DNA of 64,000 nucleotides from Dimorphilus gyrociliatus (taxonomy: Eukaryota > Animalia > Annelida), in NCBI GenBank assembly GCA_904063045.1, contig CAJFCJ010000005.1:6703-70702 (forward strand), written 5' to 3'. The position numbers and the translations under genes were made by a program. Positions 51,601 through 63,639 of the stretch are shown here, one piece after another; the first letter of the stretch is position 1, and each line of letters opens with the position of its first letter. The notes beneath the pieces were generated by a model. The model did not search any database. It was not told the DNA's origin and was given only the letters and a program-made list of their open reading frames with translations.

Positions 51601-52773
51601 TAAATGAATATTTAATTTTTTTTAGTTAATACTCATATATGGACTATTACCAAATACTCCTTGTATATTAAAGCTTGATAATAAATATATTAATGGATCC
51701 ATTAAAATCTTGTCAGTTAATTGAATTTCTTCAAATTCTTCAACTGAAACAGATTCACATTTCTCTTCTGCTGAGGAATTTTTGTTAACTTTTTATTTAT
51801 TTGATATTCAAAAATTCTTTTGATGTTCCTACCACTGATAGGTTCCTTTTCCCTTTCTTCTGCCATCTCTTTTGTTTTGTATAAGTATTATTGATAACAA
51901 AACGTTGTTACTGGACAATTAACTATAAAATTAATGCAAGTCACTTGTCATTGTTACTGTGGTAATCTTACAAGTTCTATCTATTTCTATAATACAATGT
52001 TATCAATGGTAATAACTGTAAGACTACTGTTTAAACATTATCTATCTGTATGATAAATATGATTTTATTATATAGGCAAAACAGGTAATGTTCGGAAAAA
52101 GAGTAGGAATATTTTCTAAAATATAGATGGTGGTGCCATCTGGTTTATTAATTTTTTCCCCTTTAACATTAAATCAATTTTAAGAATTAATACTATGAAA
52201 GATTTTATTAACACTGTCTACTACTCCGATAGAATTATATTCTAAATATACATTCAGATTCTGTAAGAAACTTTAATACCAACAATTTACAAGTAGGCAA
52301 TTGCAAGAGAAGAAAATTTACTCTTACCTTTATCTTGTCTTTTTGTTTTTATATTTAAAGGATACAAGAGCAGATATCTTTATTTTGGGAACCATTATAC
52401 TTTTGAAAATATTTCAACTTGGCCTACAAACAAAACACTTACACGTTGCGTTCAATTTGTAAAATTTAACACATTTATAATAATGTTATATTCAACCAAC
52501 AAGGTAAACTCATTGCGAAAATTAATAATTAAGACCTTCACATTTTTTGTCAAGTTTACACAGAGATTGGCGATCCAATGTGGAAGGATAGAAGTCTTGT
52601 TTCAGCTAAGATTGTTTCGAGACGATCTTTTCTAATGACAAAATAAGCAAGATGTGACAGTGAGAAGATATATACAGTATACTATGGGGTTAGCCCTAAT
52701 ATCCAATCATCACTTTGCCCTTTGCTCCAGTATTTTACAACTAAGATTTTGAGTAAAATGATTTTTGGTTGAG

Positions 52774-54696
52774 CTAGAATTTTAGCGTTTTTGATGGAAA
52801 TTGGTATTTTATTTTTTTCTGAATGGCTTTAGTCAATTGGCAGTTGCTTAAATCAAGCTTTATCAGTGTATTTAGAGATCCTTCTAAACTTTCACATATA
52901 GCTTTCCATCCTCTCGTTAAATTTATATTATCTGACAAGAGAACCTCTGTTATTTGTGAACAATTCTGCAATAAATTTCCAATAGTTTTACATATAGAAT
53001 CATCTATATTGCTAGCTTGAAAACCAATAATTTTTAAAGAATGAGATGACCTTTCTAGACCTTCACATATTTTTAAAATTCCATCTTTACCATTATTATT
53101 CCAGCCAATAAGAATTTCTTCGATATTTTGACAATCCATTAATAATTCTCCTATACAGATAAACATTTTCTCATCTAATTGACAATCTTCAAAGCATATA
53201 AACTTGAGTGTTGCAGATGAGTTTCTAACTGCATTGCATATTTCAAATATTTCTGGTTCATTCCATTCATTCATCTCAAAGAATAAAGCTTCCAATTTGA
53301 TGCATTGTTTTAATAGTCCCACAAAATTCTTACAATAATTAGAATCAATATTACCCTTAGCAATATCTAAAATTTTTAAAGATAATGAAGACTTTTGAAG
53401 TTTTTCAAAAATACAGTCCAATTCAAAATCTTGATTATAACCAAGATATATTCTTTCTATATTTGGGCATTTGTCCAACAAATTTCTAAAACACTTACTA
53501 ACACTTTCATTTAAATTACAGTTTTCAATGTCAATAATATGTAAAGTTTTACATGATTTTTCCAATCCTTCACATATCTTTTTAAATCCATTTCCCATAT
53601 TGTTATTTCTCTTTAGATAAATATTTTCAATTTGAGAACACTTTGCCAATAAATTGCCAATATGTATACACATATTTTCATTTAGGCAACACCTTTCAAG
53701 GTCAATGTCTTTTAGAGTAGTTGAAGAATATTCAAGACCTTTTACAATACTCAATAGACCATTTTCTCCAATATCTGGATTTTCTTGTAGATAGATTTCC
53801 TCAATTGTACAGCAGCTTTTTAAAAGATTTCCCAAGGCAATAGCCATGTTTTCATTCAATTGACAAAAATTTAAATATAGATATTTTAAAGTTTTACAAG
53901 AATATAAGAGTCCATCAAAAATTTCAAGTAAACCATATTGCAACTTTGAATTTTCTTCTAGAAATATTCCAGTAATTTGTGAACAATTTTCTAATAAATT
54001 TTTCAAACCAAGGCAAATACTTTCATCTAAATTGCATTTTTTTAATGGAATGAATGTTAAATTTGTACAAGATTTTTGAAGACTTTCACAAATATTTAAA
54101 AATCCATTACCCATATTTACATTTTCACCAAGATTAATTTTTTCAATTTTTGAACATTTGAATAATAAATCTCTTATTGAATTGCATTTACTTTCATTCA
54201 AATTACAATTGTACACACTGATCTTTTTCAGAGTAGTTGTAGATTGTTCAAGTCCTTTACAAATACTGTACAATCCTTTTCCCATATTTGGATTTCCTCC
54301 TACATAAATTTCTTCAAGTACATTAAAATTTGACAACATTTTACCAAACTTTTCACAAGTTCCTTTATCAAAATTACAATTGGTAATATCAAGATATTTT
54401 ACTGTTTTTGAAGATTGTTGAAGTTCTTTAATAATTATTAAAAAATTGCTTTCAATACCATGATTTTCAGATAGATTAACCTGTTCAATTTTATAGCAAT
54501 GACTAAACAGTTCAGCAATACTTAAGCAATTCTCCTTATTTAAATTATAACCTTGAAAATTAACAGTTTTCAAGGTATTAGAAGAATTTTGAAGTACTTG
54601 AAAAATTCCAGTATATCCATTAGTCAATTTTTTCAACTTACGACCTTTATTTTTAGACGACATTTTTTTGGAGGTATCAGCAACTATAATTCCCAT
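52774..54696 (-). CDS. Intronless ribonuclease-inhibitor-like LRR-only protein, 640 aa
   Basis: Uninterrupted ORF colinear with the 636-aa paralog at 22915 (shared N-terminus 'NGYxxxFxxxxNSSNT...FQGYNLN...LSIAxLFSxC'). Confidence 0.9.
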   Translation of the reverse strand: MGIIVADTSKKMSSKNKGRKLKKLTNGYTGIFQVLQNSSNTLKTVNFQGYNLNKENCLSIAELFSHCYKIEQVNLSENHGIESNFLIIIKELQQSSKTVKYLDITNCNFDKGTCEKFGKMLSNFNVLEEIYVGGNPNMGKGLYSICKGLEQSTTTLKKISVYNCNLNESKCNSIRDLLFKCSKIEKINLGENVNMGNGFLNICESLQKSCTNLTFIPLKKCNLDESICLGLKNLLENCSQITGIFLEENSKLQYGLLEIFDGLLYSCKTLKYLYLNFCQLNENMAIALGNLLKSCCTIEEIYLQENPDIGENGLLSIVKGLEYSSTTLKDIDLERCCLNENMCIHIGNLLAKCSQIENIYLKRNNNMGNGFKKICEGLEKSCKTLHIIDIENCNLNESVSKCFRNLLDKCPNIERIYLGYNQDFELDCIFEKLQKSSLSLKILDIAKGNIDSNYCKNFVGLLKQCIKLEALFFEMNEWNEPEIFEICNAVRNSSATLKFICFEDCQLDEKMFICIGELLMDCQNIEEILIGWNNNGKDGILKICEGLERSSHSLKIIGFQASNIDDSICKTIGNLLQNCSQITEVLLSDNINLTRGWKAICESLEGSLNTLIKLDLSNCQLTKAIQKKIKYQFPSKTLKF

Positions 54697-55590
54697 TCAA
54701 TACTACTTTTTTTGTTTAACAATTTTAGGTTGCACCTATTTACATAAGTCTAGAATTTGCAATGTTAGTGAGGCCAGTTGGATATTGATCTAGTTTATAA
54801 TGACAACATAGTAGCAACGTGGAACACGGTACAAAATGGACTTTTACAAGTGTTTATGACAATAAATGATATTTAAAAGAATTGCAGAAATTGAATGTTA
54901 GTAGGTTGATCATAATGTTGATATGTTTTCGATGTGTATCTACTTGAATACTAAGTAGTTTTCAACTCAGTTTGTAGCAAAATGTAAATAAACTTTTAGA
55001 TCATGTTAACCCTTTGCAAATGGTATCTATAGATTTTGTCCAAAGCTGGAGATTTCTAAATCAGGCCTTTGAACTCTTTTTCGTTCAATCTTACAATGTG
55101 AAGTTACTTCTTTATAGGCAATCCCAAGCGGCTTGAATTAGACTAGTAACATTTAGAATTTATGTCAGAGTACAAAGCTTTTTTCTTAATTTCAAAACCT
55201 CAGAACCAGAAGAATGACGGAAAAGCAGTAAGAACTGCTGTTTCTAATGATAATACAGATTTTTTTAATGAGAGAAATTCCAGGTAAATACAAATCTGCA
55301 AACAATCTATTAGTAAATTTTGTTGTAGCAATGTTGTTTTTACAAAAGACATCAATGATTTTGTGAGATTTCTGAAAAAGATTTTGATTATTATGATAGA
55401 AGTTATCACTCAATAAATCTAATATCCTGTGGATCTGAATGTAAAAACATTTATACATGTAAAAAGTTGTATCCCTAAATATCAAGCAAGGGCTATTGGA
55501 TCATCATTTAAAGCTTAGACTTCCATTTGAATATAGTAAAACCAGAAATGGAAGCTGAAATGTTTGAATGTTAGTTTTAAGTCCTGTTTT

Positions 55591-55908
55591 GTGCACTTTG
55601 TTGTATTGTAATTGTAAGAATTTATGGTACATCACAATTTTATTTGTCCTTTCCAATCATTTACAAATTTGCGAAAGAACTCAAAACAAATAGAACCTTA
55701 AGTTTGTCCATAACATGCCAACCTTTACCATAAATTCAGTTCTAAATAATACAAATGTTTTAAAAAAAGTCTAAGTATTGCCAATACAGTGGACAAATTT
55801 GAGGTTTAATTTTGACCAGTACTTTGACACATTATTAAATGAGTAGTAGGGATGACTGAGGGTGAGATGAAAATGAAATTCCTGCAATCACAATGTAACA
55901 AATTGTAC
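55591..55908. mobile_element. Foldback-type MITE with about 125-bp inverted arms and about 70-bp spacer
   Basis: 55591-55712 is an imperfect reverse complement of 55785-55908 (termini GTGCACTTTGTTGTATTGTAATTG and CAATGTAACAAATTGTAC); no clear TSD. Confidence 0.75.
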
Positions 55909-56179
55909 TATGATTAGTTGGTATTAAAAAAATTTAAATTATTTTCAAAAGTGTATATTCAAATTCAAAAGTCTGATGTCAAGAGTAATTTTTCAAAACA
56001 AAAATATTTACCTTGTTTACATTTTTTTTGGTGAATATTTCAGTGAAGATTTATATTGTAAGAGAGACTCTTTTTTCTACTTGAACAACTACTCTGGACA
56101 TTGACAACATATTCAATTTAAGAAATTTTAGTCTGCAGATTTCATATTTTCTTTTCTGTAATTTTTTCAATTTTCCCTG

Positions 56180-56405
56180 CTCTATTTAATCTTTTGTGCC
56201 ATTTCTTGACATTAGTGTTTGTTATAAGAGACAGACCAAAACTTTGGCTTCGAAATTTCACCATCAATATACTCCACAAGATCATTGTTTATATTCTTTT
56301 CTAAAAGTTCATTCCTAATTTGCTGAAATGATGAAGTAATGAATTCTTTTGGAAGATATTGAAGACTCATCAACTTTCTTAACATGTTTCCTTCATGATC
56401 GTTTT
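56180..56405 (-). mobile_element. Second MULE transposase remnant (C-terminal region)
   Basis: 'MLRKLMSLQYLPKEFITSSFQQI...LVEYI...PKFWSV' then, after a frameshift, 'TNTNVKKWHKRLNR'; homologous to ORF 30770-31270. Confidence 0.75.
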
Positions 56406-56849
56406 CTTTGAAGTCATTTATATGAAATTCTAAGTGTCAAAAATGAATGATTCACATTTTAAAATTATTTAATAATAGATTCTTTATTTTATTAAATGAC
56501 AAATCTACGATAAAGATATTATCTAGATTTTTTAATATCACTTTTGCTGTATCCTTTAACATATTTTAAATTTAACATTTGAATAATTAAGATTTTCTTA
56601 CACCATTAAAATTTAAGCTGAAATTTCTATAAATACATTCTTACTAATGTTTATCCAATGAATATTGAGTACTTTTGTAAAGATATTCTATCAAAGTCAT
56701 TTCCCGCTGATAAAATGAAGATAAAATAAAAATGCCTGTCCAAACTCAATATGCAAATAAGGCATAAGAGTGCCTTATTTATTTATTCTATTAACAACTA
56801 TAAAAGTATTATTTCAGTGAATGTACAGGTTAGTTACTTACTCTGCTAT

Positions 56850-58700
56850 TGAAATTCCATATAGTTATTTGCTTAAGTAATTCATCTTGAATAAACCATT
56901 TAAAGTAAATGTTTGTTTAATGGTTTGAGTAGAACCAGTAATGTTGTAATTTGCAAAGGCATAAATTGGCCAAGAAAGAGCAATACACCAGCCCAAAATC
57001 TAATTTTCAAATATTTCATTATAACTGTTTTCAACCAGTCCCATATTTTACTAAAGGTTGCCAAATTATCAAACTGTCAATGTTAAGAAGAAAAAGGTTT
57101 GTTCCAATGGAGGTTGTTTTCAGATGATCTCAGATTACTCGATTGAGATATTGTAGTATTTCTTAATAATTTTGTTTCAAATTTTATTTACAATACTCTC
57201 TGTTCTCTCACCCAATTTTGTTACATTCACTCCCTTTTATACTTCGCTAGCATTGCTTAACTAGGTATTTGTGCTCATCAGTGTTTTTTTACCTATTTAT
57301 GACCTGAGATATCACTCAATGAGACTGAGTTAAAAACCCTGACCATGACTCATAATCATTCTCTCATACATTTGCTGACTAATAATAACACATAACATAC
57401 AAACGTTCTGTTCAGTTGGAATGGAACAGTGAGAATATATATACTTGAAGTTTTCCTCTGATTTCCAATCATCACTTCACAGTTGGCAAACTATCTAGTT
57501 CGTACTTATATTTAGTAACAGGATGTTGCAAGGTTTAACATTTAGCAAGGTTAATTGAATTATAACTCGGTCAAACATTAACTGGTACTTATAGATGAAC
57601 CTTCACGATGACTAATCAAGATCTATGTTTGGCCATATGTTATTGCCTTTTCTTATGCAGGTTTTAAGAGGTAGATATACTGTATAAGTTGCACATAGTA
57701 AAATAATTTAAGCATAAAGTATAATGAAAGTTATACACTGGGAAATGGTCAGGAGGAATAAAATAGCTATTAATATGTCCTTGTGGGGCTCCAAACTAAG
57801 TGTGGTGGTTTTTTACCACATCGTCATAATATAACTAATTCTTGGTTGTCATAAGAAGTACTCAATTATTGATATTCCGACACAAAATCCTATTAATTTA
57901 TTGTAATTTTATGATGTATCTATAAATTTGGCTGTTCAATATTTATATCATGCATATTCTGATATTGTTTAATATTTTCATTAACACTCATAAAACTCAC
58001 CTATCTAGAAGGAATGTTGCCTAAAGTGTTAATAGTCCATCTTTTTATTATATCAGCAACAAGTTTGATTGAGGGGAATAGTAATTTACTTTTATAATTT
58101 TATCACACTTTTTATAGTTGTGTTCCATTTTAAGACTGCTCTTATTCAATCATTGAGGATAGAAAGATGATACGTCCTCCAATTATGACAGTTTTCTATT
58201 ATGATATTGGTGTGGATGGTTGTAAAATTTTATGTACTAATCTACATATTTGCAAGTAAGTAAAGAATGGATGTGAAAATTTATTTAATTTTGCCTTTTT
58301 TTTTATTAGATCATTCAATGATTTTAAAGATTTTGGAAAATGCAGCATTAAAAGTGAAAGAATAGATGATATATTAAATCTTGTCAATGAGACAGGATCT
58401 GTTTATTACGAAAGAAATACACTTTGTAGTTAGTTTTAAGTTTTTTATGATTTGTCAAATTTTGTTCAAAATGATCTTATTTTTAAATTTTTTCATTCAA
58501 AAATTTCAGCCAATAAAACAGTTGAAGGTAATTGTAAAGTATTTCTTAAAATGATTAAGATAAACCTTATTTCTGACAGAGCAAATGTATTCCAAGCATG
58601 ATAACTTCCACTCAAATTTGATTAATAATCTTTTAGTGCTTGAATTTAAGTTTACAATACCAGCACAAATAGTGACTTGCAAGATAGTTTGCAATATTTT
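56850..58700 (-). pseudogene. Decayed GRL101-like receptor remnant
   Basis: TM3-like 'VYCSFLANL../QITTLLVLLKPLNKHL' (~56900-57000) is homologous to 'QVITILVLLKTLNKCL' at 61660-61710; LRR-like fragments upstream. Confidence 0.4.
57120..57414 (-). mobile_element. Unclassified interspersed element (solo-LTR-like or Helentron/HINE-like), related to 59054-59415
   Basis: Shares the terminus TGAACAGAACGTT, a TATAAAAG(G/A)G..GTGAAT box and a downstream AATAAA with the 59.1-59.4 kb element; hairpin ATCTCA..TGAGAT at 57127-57149. Confidence 0.4.
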
Positions 58701-59053
58701 ATCAAACTGTGTGTTAGTTTTTCAATAGGAAAAATATTTTTCCAAAATTTTTTCACATATCAAATATTTTCAGAGGATTTGATTTCAAGGAAAACAAATC
58801 TGAATGCTGGCTAAAATCAAAAGCTAATGTCAGTCTTATAAATTTTACTCCAGAAAATGAGATAGCCTTCTATGGAAAAGGTAGTAAGTGTCAACTAAAA
58901 TTTAGATTTTATATATTGAAAATTCATATCATCTTCTTATTTTATGCTTGAATTATCTTTCATTTAAAAAATATTGGCTAGGCTGCAGAATATTCTTTTC
59001 ATTTCACATTATTATACATATGTGCTAGATGATTCCTATTCAGTAGTCAACAG

Positions 59054-59415
59054 CCAGCAAGGTATAAAAGATTTATTTTTTTCGCTTTTATCACGGAATT
59101 GTCCACAATTCCGTCTAAATTATATTTAAAGTATTCGTTGATTTCCCACACTGTTCTGACATATTCACACTCTTTTATACCCTTGCTGGCGTCACTTAAC
59201 TGGGCGCTTTACTTTACTCATTCATGGTGCCACGTTCGCGCCACGTCGGTAGTTACTCCCGTGATGTGGTACCGAGTCAACTGGACCGTCCTAGCTTTGG
59301 CTAAGTCAAGTTACCCCTTTAAGTGACGCCGACTCACACTGACATACACTGACATACATACTGATATACACTCAGTGACTCAAACTAACACATAATGTCT
59401 AACGTTCTGTTCACA
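59054..59415. mobile_element. Unclassified GC-richer element with nested inverted repeats, hairpins and a 10-bp minisatellite
   Basis: IR pair 59054-59071/59171-59189; perfect 12-bp IR GGCGTCACTTAA 59188-59199/59319-59330; palindrome 59093-59114; (CACTGACATA)-like repeats 59337-59372. Confidence 0.45.
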
Positions 59416-61123
59416 GAGAAAGATCAATATAAACTCAGTATGGAATAATTGACATTATAGATTTATGGATAACAATAATAATTTCATTTCTGAATATTAA
59501 AAAACCAGAACAGCAATGCTAAAATATAATAACCTTGGGATTTTTAATGTCACTGAAGATCTAAGATATGACTGAAAAAGATGACCCCTGCTGCTGGTAA
59601 TTATATCACTTTATCTGTTGATGCTTAACCATAAGATTGTATTATAGACACAGACAATTTTAACTACAAACCACATAAGAAAAAAGAGCTCTTCTCTGGT
59701 CCAATGCTTTTGGCTAAAGTATTCTTTCTTATTGTATCAGCCATCTCACATTTACTCAATAAAATGTATGAAAAAAGTCCCACCTACAACACAAAAAACG
59801 ACATATCACTAAGTTATTAATATCGCATAACAAAACAGAGGACTACAATGACTAGAATAGCTACATCTTTATATTGATTTTGGATAACATAGTAATTTCT
59901 AGAGTTAGGAAAATTTTTATATATAGACTTTTGAGTTTATGTAGGGCTGAACTGAGGATTAGGAAGCATAAAGTGAAAAGAATCTTATTAACTGGTGAGT
60001 TACAGTTAGGGTAAAACGCCAAAAAATAGTAGCTGTTATATTTATATCAATATTTTTTATTGACCAACAGTTTGGAATATCTGTAATAACACTGCTGTTT
60101 GTTCAAGATTTAGTTTAGATTATGATACTAATAATTTGAAGATAACAGAAATGCCATTGATTTATTCAAACTATGAAGGAAGATTTTTTGGAAGACAGAA
60201 ACGATTGAAATGTACAAATAGGGAAAATTTTCAACACCTGAAATGTTTAAAAGGTCTCTTTCTTGGGTAAATATTTTTGTATTTTTATTTTTTAGATTAA
60301 AAGAATATATGTAAAGCTTCTGAACAAGGAAAATCTGTTGGGAAATGCAGTAAAATACTCTTGGTTTGAAAGGAAAATACTAGTCTTGTTCACTTTCTGT
60401 GTTCGATAAGTGGTAGTCATCTTTGTTTTTTTTATTACAATTATTACTTTTTTTACCTTTGACTGAAGGCTAATTGATTTTTGCATCTCTATTTCATCAA
60501 AGACTTTTATATTTTGAAGGTACTGATTACAAAAAAGTAAGTTGTTCATTAAATCTTTTTTAGGCCATTGTGTCACGTTCGCCTTCAAATAACTTCTTTG
60601 CAAATTATGAATTTTTTGTAGGTGATGGCTGAATATAGAATATTTGGAAGAAAATATTACTTATTTAGAGAGGACAATGATACAACAAACTAAAATCAAC
60701 TTTATCCTGTATTGTTCAAATATGCCTTGTAATGTGGCCATTGCAATCTATTAGATTCTATTTCATATGAGTTTAGCAATATTAAAGCTTCCATTGAATA
60801 TTCTGCAAATGACAAATATTTCCATTGTCTTTTGTCACCTTCTGAAATCCAGTAAGAGTATATTCTAAAAACTGCAGTTAAAGAAATAATTTATATATTT
60901 CAATACATATAACTTGACAGGCTGTTTAGAAGTTGAGACCAGGTTGGCTTAGGCACTACTAAAACAATGAACCATTTGTCATCGACTAATCTACCCCAGA
61001 TGGATAAAGTAGTCAATATCTTAATATAATCTGTAGAAAAGTATGGGAAGATTTGAAAATGAAAAGATGATGAGTTGGCAATGCACAGTAGTCAGATGGG
61101 AGAATTAGCTATAATTAAACAAT

Positions 61124-61336
61124 GGGACCGGTCGAAAACGGCCATAAATGAAATATTTGAAAGTTAGATTTCAGCCTGGGAAATGGTTAGGAGGAATAAG
61201 ATAACTGTTGATATGTTCTTAGGAGGGTCCCATCTAAGGGTCAGGGGTATTCAAAAAGGTTAGGCAAAAACAAGGGCTGGGTTAGGGTTAGGGTTAGGGT
61301 AAAACCATACATTTATGGCCGTTTTCTACCACATCC
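61124..61336. mobile_element. Mutator-type MITE, telomere-repeat-bearing family, copy D with perfect (TTAGGG)3
   Basis: Perfect 9-bp TSD TTAAACAAT (61115-61123 and 61337-61345); TIRs GGGACCGGTCGAAAACGGCCATAAAT and GGATGTGGTAGAAAACGGCCATAAAT. Confidence 0.93.
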
Positions 61337-61868
61337 TTAAACAATGTTCATCAATAGACTCAACAGAAGTGGTTTGTGACATAAGAGTGATAAAAAAGGA
61401 TAACAAATGTTCTCAATTGTTACTTGTCACCATGAACAACCTGCTTTTCCAAGTGGAACCATTTACTCATGTTTTACAGCAAGTCAATCTGGAAGAAATT
61501 ACCTATAATGAGTGTAAGTCAAACAAGTTGTCCTACAAGACAACTCACAACCCATTAAATCCTTTAAGAAACCAACCAATGAAAGACAAAACTCTGCTAT
61601 TGAACTCTCATATTACTACTTGCTTAAATATTATTATTTCGAATAAACCATTTTAATTTAAACATTTGTTTAAAGTTTTGAGTAAAACCAGTATTGTTAT
61701 AACTTGAAAATGTATAAATTTGCCAAGCAATAGCAGTACACTATACCTCCATTTTTCTTCATTTTCTATATAATTTTTACCAGAATTATAGATGTCAGCA
61801 CTGCGTATTCCTAAAAAATACACTGAAGATAGAAAATCACTAAATGCTACATTAAAACGATATAATCT

Positions 61869-62571
61869 GTGCACTTAAAAATATCAACATAATAATATTT
61901 AGACTTTAGATATTATAGAACTATAGAATGACTTTTATTTCGTAGCAATTATAATTGTGGAGCTTTTGAAAGATGTTTATTAGATTCTAGAACTTTAAAA
62001 AGGCCTTTGTTTCGTAGGAAACATATTCTATGACCAAAACAGATGTTGCATTATGCAATTAACAATGGAACAAACAATATAGAAAAAATGCATGTCAAAC
62101 ATGTTTCATCTTATTCAAAAACAGATGCGGAAGAGGCAGGCTTGTTTTTGCACTGCCACATGTTAGCCATAAGTGATGCAATAGTTTTTCATATCTTTGT
62201 TATATGTGCATTGTGAGACTGTTACATTTCAACTTTGTAATCTTTTGACCAAGTGAACCCAAGCTTTGGTAAATGTATAAAAGGAAATACATTTCCCCAG
62301 TTTGTCAGTTCAATTCTGTAACTGTCAGCTGGTTGTTTAAACTTGCTTATTTAGAACTAGAAACTCATTGACTCAATACATATTCTTTAAATGAAGTACT
62401 GGCATTCTGCTGATTAATTTCTACCAAAATTTCATTTTTTAAGACTACTTGTGGACGAATTTGAAAGGTTCTATGTGGTGTGAGTACTTTGGTGAGTTGA
62501 TAAATGATTGAAAAGGACGAATACTGTTCAGAAGAAACAGAAATACCTACAATTACAATACAACAAAGTAC
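61869..62571. mobile_element. About 700-bp insertion ending in a foldback-family arm, between TM1 and TM2 of the receptor pseudogene
   Basis: Flanked by the direct repeat ATAATCT (61862-61868 and 62572-62578); starts GTGCACTT and ends AAAGTAC like 55591-55908; absent from the paralog at 63725-63855. Confidence 0.65.
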
Positions 62572-63639
62572 ATAATCTAAATGTTTGTTTATCTTTTAAT
62601 ACAATGTGAGAAAGTGCAGCTATGTTGCCAAAATACCAAAATTTTTTTTAATTGTTTTTTAAATAAAAAATCTAGAGTGAAATTTTCAAACCTCAATATT
62701 TTAATCATCTCCAGAGACAATCATTTAAACTATCAAAAACGTTTTAAGCTGAATACAATATCCTTCACTATCACATTTATATTGATCAGGTGAGCATTGA
62801 GTACTTAAACAGGAAAGACTTGTTCTCTCTACAGAAAAACTAGGATTTGCATAAATATTTCTATTTCTATCTATTTGAAGTGTGCATGACTCATTAGAAA
62901 TTCTAATGGCAGAACATAAAGGATTTTGTGAGCAAGAAGTCTCATCACTACCATTAACACAGTTTGGTATTCCATTACATTCAAGAGATCTTGAAATGCA
63001 ACTATCTAGGCACAAATTTGTTTTTGAAATGTACAAGCTGCAAGTAAAAACAATTAGATCATTTAGATTTGTGAAAGATAACAATAAAGAAGCGTATAGA
63101 ATTTCTTGTCATAGCTAATAGAAAGTTAAGGGCAAAATTTGGTTACTAATCTTGTAACATTCCATAAAGAAATTAAATAGAAAGAGTATCAAAGCTTAAA
63201 AAAACAAATTAGCCTGAAAAGATGTCAAAAAATGTAAAATCCCATTCTTTGGGATATTTTTTCCCAACTCCTAAGACGTTTTTTCCCGAGTAGATGGCGT
63301 TTTGGAAATTATATTTTTATTACTGTTTATCTATTTTTTTGTGTAAAGCTCCAACTATTTTCACATTAGTTCTGTTTGTTTAGAGTTGGGAGAAGATGTC
63401 TGATTAGGTTCAAGTTTCAGGCATCTCTAACAGAGCAGTGAACTTTTCATAAGAAATCCTCATCTATGAAGATTTTTGTCTGAGAAGATGATCAATTATT
63501 AGAAAAACAGAATATTGAAATGAAGAGAAAAATATTTGAAATTTGGGAAAATTATACACTCGGACGGCTAATGGCTGATGAAATATTAGCTTCATTACCT
63601 TGGCTGGGCATTTCGTCCCTTTTTCCTGGACATTACATT

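Larger units (their letters stand above)
60900..63084 (-). pseudogene. GRL101/LGR-like LDLa-7TM receptor pseudogene with two transposon insertions
   Basis: LDLa 'CISRSLECNGIPNCVNGSDETSC' and 'QCSPDQYKCDSEGYCI'; TM1 62581-62645; TM2-3 'YRFNVAFSDFLSSVYFLGIRSADIY...EEKWRYS'; TM6-7 'FSTDY..ILTTLSIWG...WFIVF...STSKQPV'. No LRR block between LDLa and TM1. Confidence 0.75.

Noticed and set aside
57235-57315. Hammerhead ribozyme on the minus strand (CTGATGAG...CGAAG), as in Penelope-like repeats
   Set aside because: GAAG instead of GAAA, and stems I-III cannot be formed convincingly by eye.
61280-61300. True telomere or chromosome-fusion site
   Set aside because: Only three TTAGGG units, embedded in a TIR/TSD-bounded MITE.
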